DNA of 64,000 nucleotides. Source: Antedon mediterranea. Taxonomy: Eukaryota; Animalia; Echinodermata. The notes beneath the pieces were generated by a model. That model searched no databases, was not told where the DNA came from, and saw nothing but the letters and a program-made list of their open reading frames with translations. Below are positions 37,576-51,475 of this stretch, piece after piece; positions within the stretch are counted from its first letter, which is position 1; every line of letters starts with the position of its first letter. Location: the NCBI RefSeq assembly GCF_964355755.1, contig NC_092677.1, forward strand, positions 21,935,175-21,999,174, read 5' to 3'. Made by a program: the position numbers and the translations under genes.

Positions 37576-38652
37576 GTAAGTAACCATTCTTCTTTATTCT
37601 TTATTTCAAGCCAACAGTGTAAAACACCAATAACATTATGAGATCTATACAGGATTTAGATTAGCAGTGTGAAAAATTAAACTAGCACAATATTACAGAG
37701 CCACATAAAGAGTTATAACATTCTTTTCCATGAATCACAAAGGCATGTGGTAGTAGGCATGTTGTTTAATTTTCATCATGTATATTATAGAATGTTCCTA
37801 TAAATCTCAAACTTTAATCGCATAGGACAATTTTAATGAGTAAATTGTTGATGTACCTCCAGCAAAGGATTAAAAAATATGTATTGTGCACAAAGTTCCA
37901 GAGGCATAATACAGCTAAGTGATCCTCCAATACTGGGGCTTTGAATACCGGGCATATATTAATATGTCCCATTTCCGCAACATTTCTGAAATATTTAACA
38001 TGTACAATTTTTTAATTTTTTACTTTACTGTATTCAGAAATTTATTTTATTTTTTTAAATTTTTGTGTTCCTCCTCAGGAGCTCTCTTGAGCTCAGGACC
38101 CTGTGTTTAGCCAGTGATCACCACTAACCAGCCCATTAAAAAAATGTTCAAGATCCATTTCTCAAAGCACATATAACCTCTAATGATAGTTGTCACATGT
38201 GCACATGGTATTGATTTAATTGCAGTGAAACCGAATTAAAGTATAAGAAAAATGACTTTTATTATGACTATTATTATATTAGGATTATACAATACCATGG
38301 GATATTGAAATAGGTTGGATATGAATATTTTTGTTTAAAGCTTAATACCCCATTTCTCTGCCAGCAAAATTGCAGAGTTTATCCGTAAACTTTGGCGCCA
38401 CGCCTTTAGGCAGTTATATTCCCAGAGGACATGTAATGATAGTACTACAGTATTTTTACTGGGAAATAGTAAACTCGACTAATTTATAGGTCCATGCTCG
38501 ACGACACAAAGAAGTCTGTCTGTAGGCTAGCTGATCAAAACATTCCTTCCTCTAAAATTATTCTTGCGTATGTCGTAAAGTGTCACGTTGTCTCTAAGGA
38601 CTGTCCAAATACATGAGAAAATAATGTAGTGAAATTCGTTGAATGAGCTTAA

Positions 38653-40226
38653 AGGGGATTCTGGGTTTAAAATTGCTTTTAAATATTGTTTATTTATTAA
38701 ATAAAAAATATTATAACAATATAGACATGTCAGAATGAAGAAGTAATAACGAGAAATTAAAAAAATTAAATTTCATATACATTTTAGGGTAAATTCATGG
38801 AAAGTCTGTTTTTCAGCAGCTTAGGGAAGCTCATTAATATTCATGAGATATTCACAAAATCACGTCATCAGTGGATTCTAAACTCGCGACGTCATGTACG
38901 TTGTGTTTGTCAACTAATTTACATCTCTCTCCCTTGTCAAACGACGACCAACCGATCATTGTGAAATACATTTTTTGTAGATTTTCTAAGCTGGGCCTAA
39001 AGTGTAATAATAACAGTAGTAGCATATATTTATTTGACATTTAATGAAATACAAAATTTAGTACAGATTACGGAGTCAAAAATTATTATACTATTTTTAT
39101 ACCTCGAATAGTACAGATCGTATTATCGGCTTCACATACTAGGCGTGGCCTAGCCTAAATCATTTTTTTCATGGGTGAGAGCCATTCTGACTAGGGATTC
39201 CATGCCACGATGGCTACGTTAAAACATTGGGGTCCGTCATGGGCCTAGCTAGCCAACTACTAAACGATTGGCCCATAAATAACAAACCAAACTCCTAAAC
39301 AATCTAAACCTAAAACGTTCTATAAAATTGGCTGTAAATATTGAGACAAAACAAGGTCCTATCGCCGTCCGCACGTATGGTCTCCCGATCGTCTAAGTAG
39401 GCCTAAAATAGGCCTAGTTTACTCTCCAAAAAAGCGGATACTGCATCAAGCAAGTAGACCAGGTAGTAGGAAGGAGACCTAGCCGATCCGGCCCAGTTAA
39501 AAATTGAGCTAGTTATTGTAGTAGACCCTATGCGAATTGATACTACCAGGCCTTTTACTATAGGCTACACTTGTTAAAATTAGCAATACTTATGTTTACA
39601 AATATTCCAACTCTCTCATTATCTATACCATTCCGGTAGGTCGAGTCGACCTTCAATCAAATACTGTACATCGTTCATGTTGTGATTATAGACGGGGTAT
39701 ACTCGACCGACCAGTTTGGTATTGTATACTGTATCTGCTTATCACGTGACGATGCCAGGCATGGGCCGGCAGAGAGAGCATGTGTATCGTCGTCTCGCTC
39801 TCCTCGCTCAGCAGGAATGTATACATTACGCTTCATTGATTTTTTGAAGGCTTTCCCTAAGTCGGTGCGAAAATCGGCAAACGTAAAGTGCAAACATATC
39901 TAATTTTTCACTGTTTTGATGAATTTTCATAGAAAATTGACTTTATAAATGGGAAGACCGACTAAAATTAAATCAGATAAGTATAATTTTACAAAAGTAC
40001 TTGATATGGTTAATGATAATGAGTCGTCGGAAGATTGACCATTTCACGAATTTTCTATCTGTAACACAGTGTCATATCGCCGTAGCTGCACTTGTAATCT
40101 GGCCTCATTTCACAGCCTTCGTTCTGCTTCACTGGGCGCTTATATAAATTGAAACTTTTACGGTTCAAGAGACAAACAAATATATTTTACATTTTTTACT
40201 ATTCATTTTAAACCCGGAACGCCCCT
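38653..40226. mobile_element. Kolobok-like non-autonomous transposon
   Basis: TTAA|aggggattctgggtttaaaat ... attttaaacccggaacgcccct|TTAA: imperfect TIR, TTAA TSD, purine termini. Confidence 0.75.
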
Positions 40227-40825
40227 TTAAATAAACACTTTTTTATTTAATAAACATGTAATATCATATTTTATGAATTTTACAATGTTGATATACAAAA
40301 TATATTACTAAAAACCGTAATTTTATGTAATTATTTTAGTGAAAAATGGACCATAGTACAATTGCCGACTGAGGGCGCAATTTGTTTATTTTCAGCGATG
40401 TTTTAGACTCTATAATTCGAAAACTACAAGTTGGATTTTCATAATTTGTTTTTACTCGGGGTACCCGAGTCTAGGACTTAATCATTTTCTCCTCTTCCTC
40501 CATCTGGACACTATTGAGTAAAAAGTGCGATTTTTAAAGTACTACTCCTCCCTTATTAGTTGTAGTATTGAGCTGGGATTTGGCATGAATATACTACAGG
40601 CACATGTCCTCAAATCTATAGAGCAGGATTTTAAAATTTCAAACCGGATGCAGCCATATGACGTCTCGAAGATGGTACCATATAGCTGTATTTGGTAGGT
40701 TATTGATGTGTATGTGACGTCACATCCCGTCTTATGACGTCATTACAGCTTCATTTTTTAATTAATTTGTTTAATTAAGAAGCCACAATGTGTGACACAC
40801 ACCACAGCGTTATGTAGTTATATGC

Positions 40826-40884
40826 GGCTTCTTGGCGTAGTGGTTAACACACAGAAGGTCCCCGGTTCGAGCCCGGGCGAAACC
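40826..40884 (+). pseudogene. tRNA-Val-like pseudogene, internally deleted
   Basis: ggcgtagtggttaacacacagaaggtccccggttcgagcccgggcgaaacc followed by poly-T; part of the D and anticodon arms is missing. Confidence 0.6.
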
Positions 40885-41097
40885 TTTTTTTTTTAACTTT
40901 ATGGTGAAAAGTACTGTATACGCAATATGATATACAGTATATCTTATTTTTATTATTTTTTTAAATATTTATTTTGTGTAATCGGTAATTATCACTTTTA
41001 CACATGTTTATCTTGCTTTGTGCTTATTACCATAATAATTTATTTGTAATTTAAATGGATTAAAAAACTTTGTGTAACCCACATTTTTGGTGTAAGA

Positions 41098-41173
41098 GGT
41101 TTCGTAGTGTAGTGGTTATCAAGTCTGCTTAACGCGCAGAAGGTCCCTGGTTCGAGCCCTCATGGCGAGACCA
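41098..41173 (+). pseudogene. tRNA-Val(AAC)-like pseudogene
   Basis: ggtttcgtagtgtagtggttatca..tctgc-ttAACgc-gcaga..ggttcgagcc..gcgagacca + TTTT; the T-stem is disrupted by extra bases. Confidence 0.7.
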
Positions 41174-42304
41174 TTTTGCTTAAACTTTATGGTGAAATAT
41201 ACTGTATACGTAATATGATATAGAGTATATATATCTCGTTTTATTACTCGGGGTACCTGAGTCTAGGACTCTCTAATCTTTTCCTCTTCTTCTTCCATCT
41301 GGACACTATTGAGCAAAAAGTGCGATTTGTAAAGTACTACTCCTCCCTTATTCGTGGTAGTATTGAGCTCAGATTTAGCATGAATATACTACAGAGACAT
41401 GTCCTCAAAGCTATAGAGCCGGATTTTTAATTTCAAACCGGATGCAGCCATATCACGTCTCGAAGATGGTACCGTATAGCCGTATTTGGTAGCGCGGTTA
41501 TTGATGTGTATGTGACGTTACATCCGGTCTTATGACGTCATTACAGCTACTTTCGCTTTACCCCGAGTATTGCACATTCGTGCTTGTTATTATAATATTG
41601 ATTCAAAATACTAACAGCAATGTATAATTTGTTTGAAAAATATTAACTTTAATTTTGCATCATCGTTATACCTAGTATGTGAGCTGGGTCACTACAAAAA
41701 TAGGAAATAAGCCCCTACCCTGGAATATGTACAGTACTAAAATTTAGTTTATGATTATATTTTTGTTCTGTATAGTAGGCCAGACTATATTTATGTTTCA
41801 CAAAATGTAAAAAATAATTGATAATAAATCATTATTTCTGAACAATAACAATTTCTTAAAAAAAAAAAAAAAGACTACATAATTGCCCAGAGTAATACTT
41901 ATTTTTACAGAAAATGATAGCCGAAACAGTATTTATTTACATTACCTTGGTGTTTTTCTATTTTGTGACAAATAAATAAATAAATTTTAACATTTTGTGT
42001 GTATGTTGGTTAAAAAGATGGTGTAAATTATGTATGATTTTCATAAAACCTATCATGTTTTATGCTTAAATTGAAAGTGTTCCAGTGGCTTGTTTAAAAA
42101 AAAAAAATAATAGAACAATAGTTAATTAACGAAGGTGTGAAGTTTCATTGAAATAAAACAATTAGAATACCCTCTTAAGGCGTAAACTTAAACGCACTAT
42201 TTTTTTTTTTCAGCATTTGATTTGTTATTATCACTGAATTATTTCTATTGTTAGTATTGTTATTATTATCGTTACAATTATTATGGTACATTTTACTGAT
42301 TTTA

Positions 42305-42636
42305 TTTATTTATTGTTTGTTTGTTTGTTTGTTTTATCTTTATACTGGGTAACCTCTTCAGTCAAAGACTGATCTCCCAGAGGGCCCAGTTGGTGATCAG
42401 TGGCTGTGATGTACTAATACACCGGGGTAACCCCCTACTCATCTCGAAAGATGTACTAGGTTCTTTAAAGTGCACACGAGCAAGTTGTGTACACTGGACC
42501 TACGGTTTATAGTCCTTATCCGAGAAGACTCGTTCTACCACCAGAACCATGGAGTGAGTGAGCCTCGAACCCCTGCCGATGTTATGGCTACGTGATTACG
42601 GTTCCACTGTCTTAACCGCTCGGCCACTCACTCACA
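42305..42636 (-). mobile_element. Full-length tRNA-headed SINE with Deu/Nin-type core
   Basis: Minus strand: A-box tggccgagcgg, B-box ggttcgagg, core ctcggataaggactataaaccgtaggtcc..taaagaacc..gagtagggggttaccccggtg, and an (aaac)n/(aaat)n tail. Confidence 0.8.
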
Positions 42637-42916
42637 CTTATTTACTTATTTATTACAAATTTATTTATTTAAAGGGGCTTTGCGTCTAAAGCTTTTGCTT
42701 ACAGCTTATAACCCCATTCACAACTTAAATTAATTTATATTTACTTTGTATTTAATAATATTCAAAATATAATTATTATTTATGTATACTTTTAATTTTA
42801 GATTGTGAATAAAGTTATATATTAAAAATATGAGACAACATCGACAAAACAAAGCACACTTAAATCTACTACAAACATATCTTGATTTTAGATTTAAATA
42901 AAACATAAACCATTAA

Positions 42917-43509
42917 AGGCCAGATGCGAGCAAAAAATTTCTATTGATCATACATTCCAATAATTATCGATCTATAGCTTCCGTTATGTTTCATAATTTT
43001 TGGAATTTTATTTGTGTTACAAAAACTTGTTGAAAATAAGCACTTTATTATCATTTATTATCATAGTTTAAATTACACAGTAAAATTTCAATTCTTTTGT
43101 ACACAAAATGTTTTAAATAGAGAGGCATTTTTGAACTATGAAAAATAAACGGTGTGGTAAAAAATGTTATCAGATGACTAAATATAGGTAATATAACGTA
43201 ATTTTACGTTTCTGGTATTTTTATTCATTTTTATTTTTATTTTCATGCTATAGCAAAAATTGTCCTCCGTATATCCACCATCTTTTTTCACCTTCTAGGG
43301 AGTCACCAGACTTGTTATTATATTAGGTTAAACTACCTAACTACTGAAAACAATTCTTCCTGGTTTTTATAGCAGAATTTTGCCAAATTTTGTATTTGAC
43401 CATTTTAAGGGAAATTCATGATTTTTTCATCTTGATTTCTGTTGCAAATATTTGATTTATGTACAATTAACCAGATATTAAATTTAAAATTCATGCCTGT
43501 ACCTGAGCT
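42917..43509. mobile_element. Possible Kolobok-like element
   Basis: TTAA on both sides and weak inverted termini (aggccagatgcgagca / tgcctgtacctgagct). Confidence 0.35.
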
Positions 43510-43853
43510 TTAAAGAAAATATCAATAGAGTCTATAATAAGATGCAATATGCAATATAATGCAATATATGATATAAATAATCTTGGTAAGCATTACTGTG
43601 AGTATTTAATTCACATACAAATTTATCTTGTTTGTTTAAAGCTTGGCAGTGTAAAAGTGGTACAGTATATGTTGCAGCTATACATAGCGCTGGAATTTAA
43701 TTTAAATACTGCCCTCTAGCATCATTATGTTATTTATGATTGTACTAAAAAATTAAGTACCTTAAAAGAAACTTTCTTAAATATTGAATATTTTGGTATG
43801 AACAATCAAACAATTCTAATTGAAATTGTTATATATACTATTTATATTTTCAG

Positions 43854-43928
43854 ATTACAAGAGTTTTTAGCAGACTCTGCACAGAGAATTATTGTTCTAA
43901 AGATTGTACATAGAAGAGTTCTTAATAG
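43854..43928 (+). CDS. FHOD3: Formin FH2 exon (LQEFLADSAQRIIVLKIVHRRVLNR)
   Basis: FHOD-conserved LKIVHRRV.NR; ttttcag / AG|gtgagg; phase 2-2. Confidence 0.95.
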
Positions 43929-44057
43929 GTGAGGAATAGAAAAACCTACAAGCTTATCCAATAATTTCACACTGGTTACCAAATTGTAGGAGAATTTAAA
44001 ACATCTATGACATTTATATAAAGGAATTAAATTATTTGTTATCTTTCTTTTCCACAG

Positions 44058-44250
44058 GTTTAATAAATTATTACTTTATTGTGGGTTTAACCCAAATTCT
44101 GCAAGTGACATTAAGGTCAATGAGTTTTGTAAGGTGCTAAGTGAATTTGCTTTAGAGTATCGGACCGCTAGGGAACGTGTCCAAGAACAAGAAAAGAAAA
44201 AAGAGAATCACAGAAAGAGGAATAAAACTAGAGGAAAAATGATAGTTGAG
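44058..44250 (+). CDS. FHOD3: Formin FH2 end exon (FNKLLLYCG...SEFALEYRTARERV...RNKTRGKMIVE)
   Basis: FHOD-diagnostic EFALEYRT and RNKTRG.MI; acag / GAG|gtatgg. Confidence 0.96.
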
Positions 44251-44528
44251 GTATGGTGCATGTTGTACAAATAATGTATTTTAATATAGAAGTTTCTTGA
44301 GATTGTTAGCATTGTACTGGAATCTATTTATGTACTGGCGAAATTCGATAAATCGCCGTTACTTCTGGAATTTTTACTTGATGGTATATAAAGTTGGTTC
44401 ATGGGTCATTCTTCAGTAAGTGTCTAAAATTGTGTCCCGATGCTTTGGTGGGTTAGAGACTGAAAATTCATCATTAAAAAATAAAAATTCTTGACTTATA
44501 TCATGATCAACATTATTGTAAATATAAC

Positions 44529-45090
44529 TAGATTTGAACTCATCACTATGGACGAGTTATGTTATCCGCCGCGAAGATGCCACGTGCACTTTATACGTTA
44601 GAATATTGTGCACAGAAAAACGATTATGCCATTGTGACCTGAAGAAAATAAAATGTGCCCTCTTTCTTTTGTGTCTAAATATATAATACAGTACACTACT
44701 GTATACATACTAAATACAGTGCTGAATAGGTGAAAATAACGGGACCTTCCTTTTATTCCAAATTTTAACATGATGATGTCATCAAAATGAAACACGTAGA
44801 TAGCAATTTTGGAAGGAAATTATCTGAGCAACAACATATTAACGTGTTGAAGAAATTTAGATACGTAGAATATGGATGCGCGCTCTTTTAAATGCCATGA
44901 ACTATGATGCAAAATATGAAAATACGACTTTTATAATCCAACTGGCCATATGATGACGTCACAACATCCGATGCACAAAAATTGGTACATAAATTTGTAT
45001 CTGCAATTCAACAGCTTCCAGAAAACGTTTTAATCATGAGTATCACTTTTTATTCTTATTCTAGCTATAACATATTGAAATTTACTGTAA
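44529..45090 (-). mobile_element. Helentron/HINE-like fragment, same family as 48484-49616; another fragment in opposite orientation at ~45748-46100
   Basis: Shared end agatttgaact..agtta.gttatccgccgcg..gccacgtgc and shared internal block actggccatatgatgacgtcaca. Confidence 0.6.
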
Positions 45091-46734
45091 TAACTTAAAA
45101 CCTTTGACAATAAATACATAAACCATTTTTTGTCACCGTTTGAAGTGCAAATGTCTTACTGTGAGTGTGGGTACTGTTTAAGCAAATAATTATACAAATA
45201 AACTTTATTACGGACAGTTTCTTGTCAACGTTAATTGTATTAATTAATAATTACAAAAAATATAAATTACTTTACTATTTCAATTGATTATGACAGTGAT
45301 AGTTTCAACAAAGTATTAAATCGCAAATGTTTTACTGTTTTTAGTGGTATATTATTTATAAAACATAAAAACAAATGTCTTTACTGATAAAGAATATATT
45401 TAAAAATGATTCCTCTTAGCACCCATCCTCTTCACCATACCTCAACCCTAATGTTACATAAAAAACACAAATTGCGTTGGTTTAAATTTGACTCAAGTAA
45501 TTCTCAGGGCGCTAATTTTAGTTGACTACATAAACTGTGTCTACTTATTCGTTCCTGCAAATGACATGTATTATAGTCCTGCGGTACGTACATTTGAAAT
45601 CGCCAGGTTTTTTTACGCTGAAATGACCGTGTATGCGAGAACCATTTGTGGGCACGAGCATACCATTTAGTGTTTACAATTAGTTTAGATGATGCATGTA
45701 TGTAAGAACTAAAAAGTATACTGTCAACATCTTTATTTTTCGTTATTTTTGGTTATCCGCACTGCAGTCGGACTTAGCGAACAGCTAGCGCCCGTAGACA
45801 TGGCGACGTCATTGTATGGCCACTCGAATATAAAATATAGGATTTTTGTCTCTTTCGTCGTAGCTCATCACATTTAATAGAGCGCATCTCCACTTATCTG
45901 TTTTCCATTTCCCCCAATATTTTGATATTGTCTAGGTCAATCAATTATCTTTCACATGATTTACCATTTTTAAAATATTGATCATCATGTGCAAAAGCGT
46001 GAAAAACTTGGGTCACTTATTTTCATCATTCCAATAAATGTCAATATGTTATAGCTCCTCAGAATGAAAAGTGATAATCATGATTAAAACGTTTTCTGGA
46101 ACATTTACCTACTTGTGTTATACCAAATAAGTTCAGACCCATGGTGTTAGACCGTTTTAGCAAGGTCACATTACCAACTGCAGAGACAAAAATGAGCATA
46201 TTCATGTGCTCTTACCCACATGTTTTCATCATTGTTTCCACTGTATATAGACCTAGATCTGAGCCCTACAAAATTAGGACAAAAGGACGAAATTTGCCGT
46301 AAATAAAACATACCTCCTTATTAAAATAGTGTCTTTTAAGAAATTTGGTTTGTCTTATTATTATGAGGCTGTACTCGAGCTGTTTGACCAGTTTTCAGCT
46401 ATTCAGCTAAATCGATTGTAGAAGGAGATAGGTAAATGCAAAGCATCCTCGTATTATTCAAGATGGACATCCATTAGACAGTGTATACCACGATTGGAGC
46501 AAATCGTTGAACCTAAATTCATTTCAATTGTCAATAACTAATTATCTAACTCAATTTAATTAATAAACAGGGTTACATCAGGTGGTTAAAATCAGTACCA
46601 TCGAGTAAAAATTCTAGAAGTAATGAATGATTTACCGAATTTTGCCCTTATGTAAATTTATATATAGATTCATACAATAATCGAACAATACACAACAATT
46701 ACACATTACAGTTTATACATTATATTTCAATTAG

Positions 46735-46849
46735 AAATTTACTGGGAAAGACAAAGAAGAGGATGCAAAGCTTCAAAAGCTTTTGAAAGGTTCTGGAACA
46801 ACTCCTGGTGATGATGCAACACGTAAAGCAAGAGCAAAGAAACCCCAAA
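46735..46849 (+). CDS. FHOD3: Formin post-FH2 exon (KFTGKDKEEDAKLQKLLKGSG...RAKKPQ)
   Basis: ttag / A|gtaagt; phase 0-1 links its neighbours in frame. Confidence 0.85.
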
Positions 46850-48483
46850 GTAAGTGAAACTACATTGTTAGACCTCAGCAGACACACATAATTATAGGCC
46901 TATTTCTGTATTGCCTCTAATTAGTAAAATTATTGAACGGGCTCTTTATGAACAGATATGTAATTATCTTCATATTAATCACTTTTTAAGTAATTCTTAA
47001 TCTGGTTTTCATAAATGAATAAATTTTTCACCAAATGTCAGATTATTTTTCGTGGAACTCTTTCATTTTCAGCATTATAGTATAAGGCCTAAAATAGGTT
47101 TTTTAAACTTCTCGTATCAAAAAACCTGTACATTAAATCAAATTATGTTTTAAAATTACAAATCACAAAGTAGGTGGAGGTATACACTCTCGGAGTGGCT
47201 TTCTAGTTTATATTGTTTTTACTTTTGTACATTTGATTTTATTTATATGATCCACCAGTGATATCAGTACTACAATACTAAAGGTGTCTTCACAATAAAG
47301 ACAGAAATAAATAAAATAAAAAAGCATTTTTGCTTTTAATGATTTGTAATACAATTATTATACAAAAGTCTTTCTTTAAAATTAATAGAAAGAACGGGCA
47401 AAATAGATATTGTAAGTAATAAAACTACTTTTTCAATTTAATGCATATTTTTATATTTTGGAGAGAGTACATACTGTAGTAGAAAGATAAGCAAGTGATG
47501 ATTTACATTTATTGTTTATTGATTTAAGAATACAAATGATCACTATAGACTTAGGCAAGCAATATAATATCTTTATGGAATATTAGCAATAATCACTGGT
47601 TGATCATCATTCATCATCATTCATTGTGATTTGACATGGTTTTATTTGTGTATGTATTATCAATCAAGCCTTTTCTGTTAACCTTAATATTCGACCCTTA
47701 TCAATGTCCTACACAAATTCAAAAATCTGTTTGGATGTGTACCCTCTCTTCAACATTTTCTAAAATAGTAAGGATGAAGAACGATCACAAATATATATAG
47801 ATTACATTGATTTTTAAGCAAATTTGATTGCAAGTAAAACAGATAGATCTTTTCATTGTTTTAAACAAAACATGATTCTAAAATGTGTTTATATATAAAC
47901 CAGTAATGTTGCCAAGATTTTTATGGAGGGGTTCAAATTTGTGAGAAAATGAAGCCTTTTAGGGACCAACCACAATTAATTATATTTAAAGATCAAAAGA
48001 TTAATCAGTATTGACAACTGAGAGTCTCTACGACCTTAGCCCCAACATGGTTTGGCGGAGATAAAAATTAAGACATAAGTTAACTTTTTGTGAAATTTCC
48101 AACTTAGAATCAATTTTATAAAACAGTAAAAAGATAATCAAATTCCAGCCTACTGGAATTAATTGGACAGAGCAGATGCAAGATTTGGTGGTGAGCCACC
48201 TTACTGTAGTTTTGGTTGAAGCAAGACAATTTTGAGAATATCTGGATTTTTTTATTTTTTTTTTCACAAATATTACATAGCTACACTTCCTTTTTAGCTG
48301 ACTATGTGAAAACTACCAAGATTGTATTTTCGACTTAAACACACTCAATATTATTAATGGAGAATGTAGGGTACATTCTCTATATTCAGATAGCCCAAAC
48401 TGTCCACCAAACTTAAACTTTCACTTTTAATTTATATTTATTATTTATTTATTTTTTGAAAAAAGTAATTATAAAATTAAATT

Positions 48484-49616
48484 AGATTTGAACTTGCACT
48501 GTGGACAAGTTAGGTTATCCGCCGCGCAAACGCCACGTGCCAAATACAACTTTTAATTATAATTGAACTGGCCATATGATGACGTCACACCATCCGATGC
48601 GCATAATTTGTACATTAATTCGTATCTACAATTCAACAGCTTCCTGAAAACGTTTTAATCATGATTATCACTTTTTATTCTGAGGAGCTATAACATATTG
48701 AAATTTATTAGAATGATGAAAATAAGTGACCAAAGTTATTCACGCTTTTGCATCTGATGACGTCATAAAAATTTTAAAAATGGTAAATCATGCGAAAGAT
48801 AATTGATTGACCTAGACAATATAAAAAAAATATGGGGGAAAATGGAATGTAAAAACAAATAGACATAAATTTTCATTCTTACCTATGCGCTACCTTGGCT
48901 ATACAACAGTGAGTTTCAAAGATTTGTTGTTGTTGTTGTTAGTTCCAAGTTGATCACGAATGTAAATATTATGAATGTAAATATTATGTATGTATTGTTT
49001 TGATTGTGTTTTTCTGCCGAGAAAACAATTATCATTATACTATGTATGAATGAATTAATATATCGAATCTGAATCTGAATCTGAATCTGGAATACGGATA
49101 AGCTCTATTTAATGTAATGAGCTATGACGAAAGATACAAAAATCCTATATTTTATATTTGAGTGGCCATACGATGACGTCACAATGTCCGGTTAGCCATA
49201 TTGATTCATTATCCGATATCTACATCTCATCAACTTCCAGAATATGTAATTAAAAAAAAGTTCACCACATAGTTTAGAATCTAAAAATGCGCGCAAATTG
49301 TCCAATTCGACGTGCTCGTATGACGTAATTTTAAGTCGAAATTGTTTAAAAGTTGGTAAAATTACTAGAAAAGGCTGGAAAAACAAATCACGCGAAAAGA
49401 ATATGTTTAACGCTACTTTCGTAGAATTTTTGACATGCTCAAAATGACATGAAACGCGTAGAAATTTATTTTTCGCATTTTAAAATTTTAAATGCGATAA
49501 TTTTTTTTCCATAGAAAGTTAGCGCATGACAATATAAATATAAATTTACACTTTGCTAAGTTTAAAAAAAGATTCAGACAATAACAAGGGGTTATCCGCC
49601 AAGTGCGGATAACCAA
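48484..49616 (-). mobile_element. Helentron/HINE-like element
   Basis: Sub-terminal inverted repeat ggttatccgc (48513) / gcggataacc (49605), head hairpin ggttatccgc-caagt-gcggataacc, tail hairpin aacttg..caagtt. Confidence 0.65.
48849..49093 (+). mobile_element. 5'-truncated LINE 3' end inserted in the HINE
   Basis: Residual TNRHKFSFLP peptide, (gaatct)4 tail, tggaat duplicated at both sides; absent from the related copy at ~45870-45920. Confidence 0.55.
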
Positions 49617-50610
49617 AAACAGCAGTATTAATTCTAATCAATGTGGAGTGACTGTCTGAATTTGGATATAAATGTGGCTGCAGAAGCTTTGATAATAATA
49701 ATGTCTTTTGCATATATATTAAAAACATTGACCCTTGCCCTTGGCTGTTGACAGCAACTCCTTCTTTCTGGTAATACTTTATTCAAATTACAATACCTTT
49801 ATTATGAAGCATGATGATCAATAAATTGTAAATATGTCTATAATGTAATATGTTATATTATTTGATCAATGTCATCACAACACCATAATGACAGATATCA
49901 ATCAAAATGTTCTCTGTGCTGCTGTTAAATAAATGTTAGAGATAGTGATTTAGGCATTTTAACGATAACTGTTGATTGAAAAACATCAGCATCTTATATA
50001 ACTATGACTAAAATGAAGATACGCAACCCAAGTATATTTTATTTCATTTAGTTACTTCTTTGTAATACTAAAAATCTTCAATCTTTTTCGATGCCATGGT
50101 GATTATCCAGGATCTTTTAAACTTTAAAAGTTATAATATTGAACGAAAGAACGAACTCTAGACACACATTGGGCTACGTTTAGATTACTTTGCAATTGAT
50201 TAAAAAAGGTTATAAATGCCAAATAATCGCTATGTTCATTGCTAGTACATTTAAACAGAACCCTAAATGTAGATGGATCAAAATTCCTACCTACAAATCT
50301 ACAGAATGATATGAAATCATCTATTGACAAATGTATTATTGTAGTTATCCACAATATAGCAGATAACTCCTTGTTATTGTATGAAATCATCATTTTCTGT
50401 ATTATTCTTCTTTCTTTCTGACATTTGTGTGGGATCGCATATCTAAAAAAAAACCTGTAAAATTTATTAACTTGGTCAACATGTGGACATTTACATGATG
50501 ATTTGCACACGCTTTAGTTGAAAATGTTGTCAAAATTAAAAAATATTGTCAAAATAATTTTGAATTTTTTATAGCTCTTCGGGATCAACGGTGACCTCCA
50601 TTTAACAAAA

Positions 50611-50640
50611 ACTAGCAGTAACCCGTGCTCCGCACGGTCT
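50611..50640 (-). mobile_element. Helitron-like 3' end
   Basis: Minus strand hairpin ccgtgc-gga-gcacgg followed by CTAG|T. Confidence 0.4.
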
Positions 50641-51285
50641 TCTTCTGCCTTAATATGTGTTTGTACTTTGCATGGGCAAGTATAATAAAAGCGCACTCAT
50701 AAAATAAAAACAAATTGTATCAAGAATACAAAGTAGTCTAGGTTTAATATTCATTTACTTGTTTTTGTTTTGACTGCCATTTTCTTTTTTTTTTATCATC
50801 GTCCATACACTTTTCTCTTCATCCTCCCCCCCCTCCCCCAATCCCTTACTCTTTTTTTAAATATGCAAATTAGTTTTAGAGAGGAAACTCATGAATATTT
50901 ATGATTATTTTTACCCTTAAGTTTTACCCTTAAATTAAGTGTTTCCCTTAGGTAAGTGAATCCCTTAACTCATTTGTGAATACCCCTTAAGTGTTTCCCT
51001 TTGTTAAGGGAATTCTTAAATTTTAAGGGTAAGTATTTCCCTTAGCCTAAGTGAGATTGGTGAATATTACTGCTGTAGCCTTAATACCATCATTCAAATT
51101 ATTAAGTATATAGTCAAGTTTGATCATCTATAAAAGAGAAAGTATCCTGTTTTTTAACTCATCAGCTTCCCTAATAAATTTTACAAAATCATGGGGAGCG
51201 ATAATAGATATCATTGGAATTGAGCAGAGTTCTATTGAATCCGTATATTGCAAGATTCTACTCATCCCATGCATAATGTATTTTA

Positions 51286-51475
51286 GGTGTTACGCATAGC
51301 CGCAAGCAGTAGACGTTACCGGTCCATCATCTCTCGTACAAATAGGTTTCGTAACAGCTTTTATCCAGCTGCCATTCAGGCACTGAATGCTTGTCAGTAT
51401 ACCATACGAGAGTATTTATCTGATCTCAGAGCATAATTTCTATGTATATCTACTCTTATGCAAATGACAATAAAT
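51286..51475 (+). mobile_element. Truncated 3' end of a CR1-group (Rex1/Babar-like) LINE
   Basis: Translates SSRRYRSIISRTNRFRNSFYPAAIQALN, typical of an ORF2 C-terminus; ends gacaataaa. Confidence 0.7.

Larger units (their letters stand above)
40453..41590 (+). mobile_element. Helentron/HINE-like element with duplicated head, carrying tRNA-Val-like sequences
   Basis: 5' tactcggggta + hairpin. A ~300-bp head appears at both 40453 and 41245. The 3' end has the inverted taccccgagta followed by a gcac-attc-gtgc hairpin. Confidence 0.65.

Noticed and set aside
41098-41173. Functional tRNA-Val gene
   Set aside because: Extra bases in the T-stem, an atypical anticodon loop, and embedded in a repeat; called a pseudogene.
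50124-50696. Transposase remnant in ORFs near 50.1-50.7 kb
   Set aside because: No recognisable catalytic motif in the frames I read.
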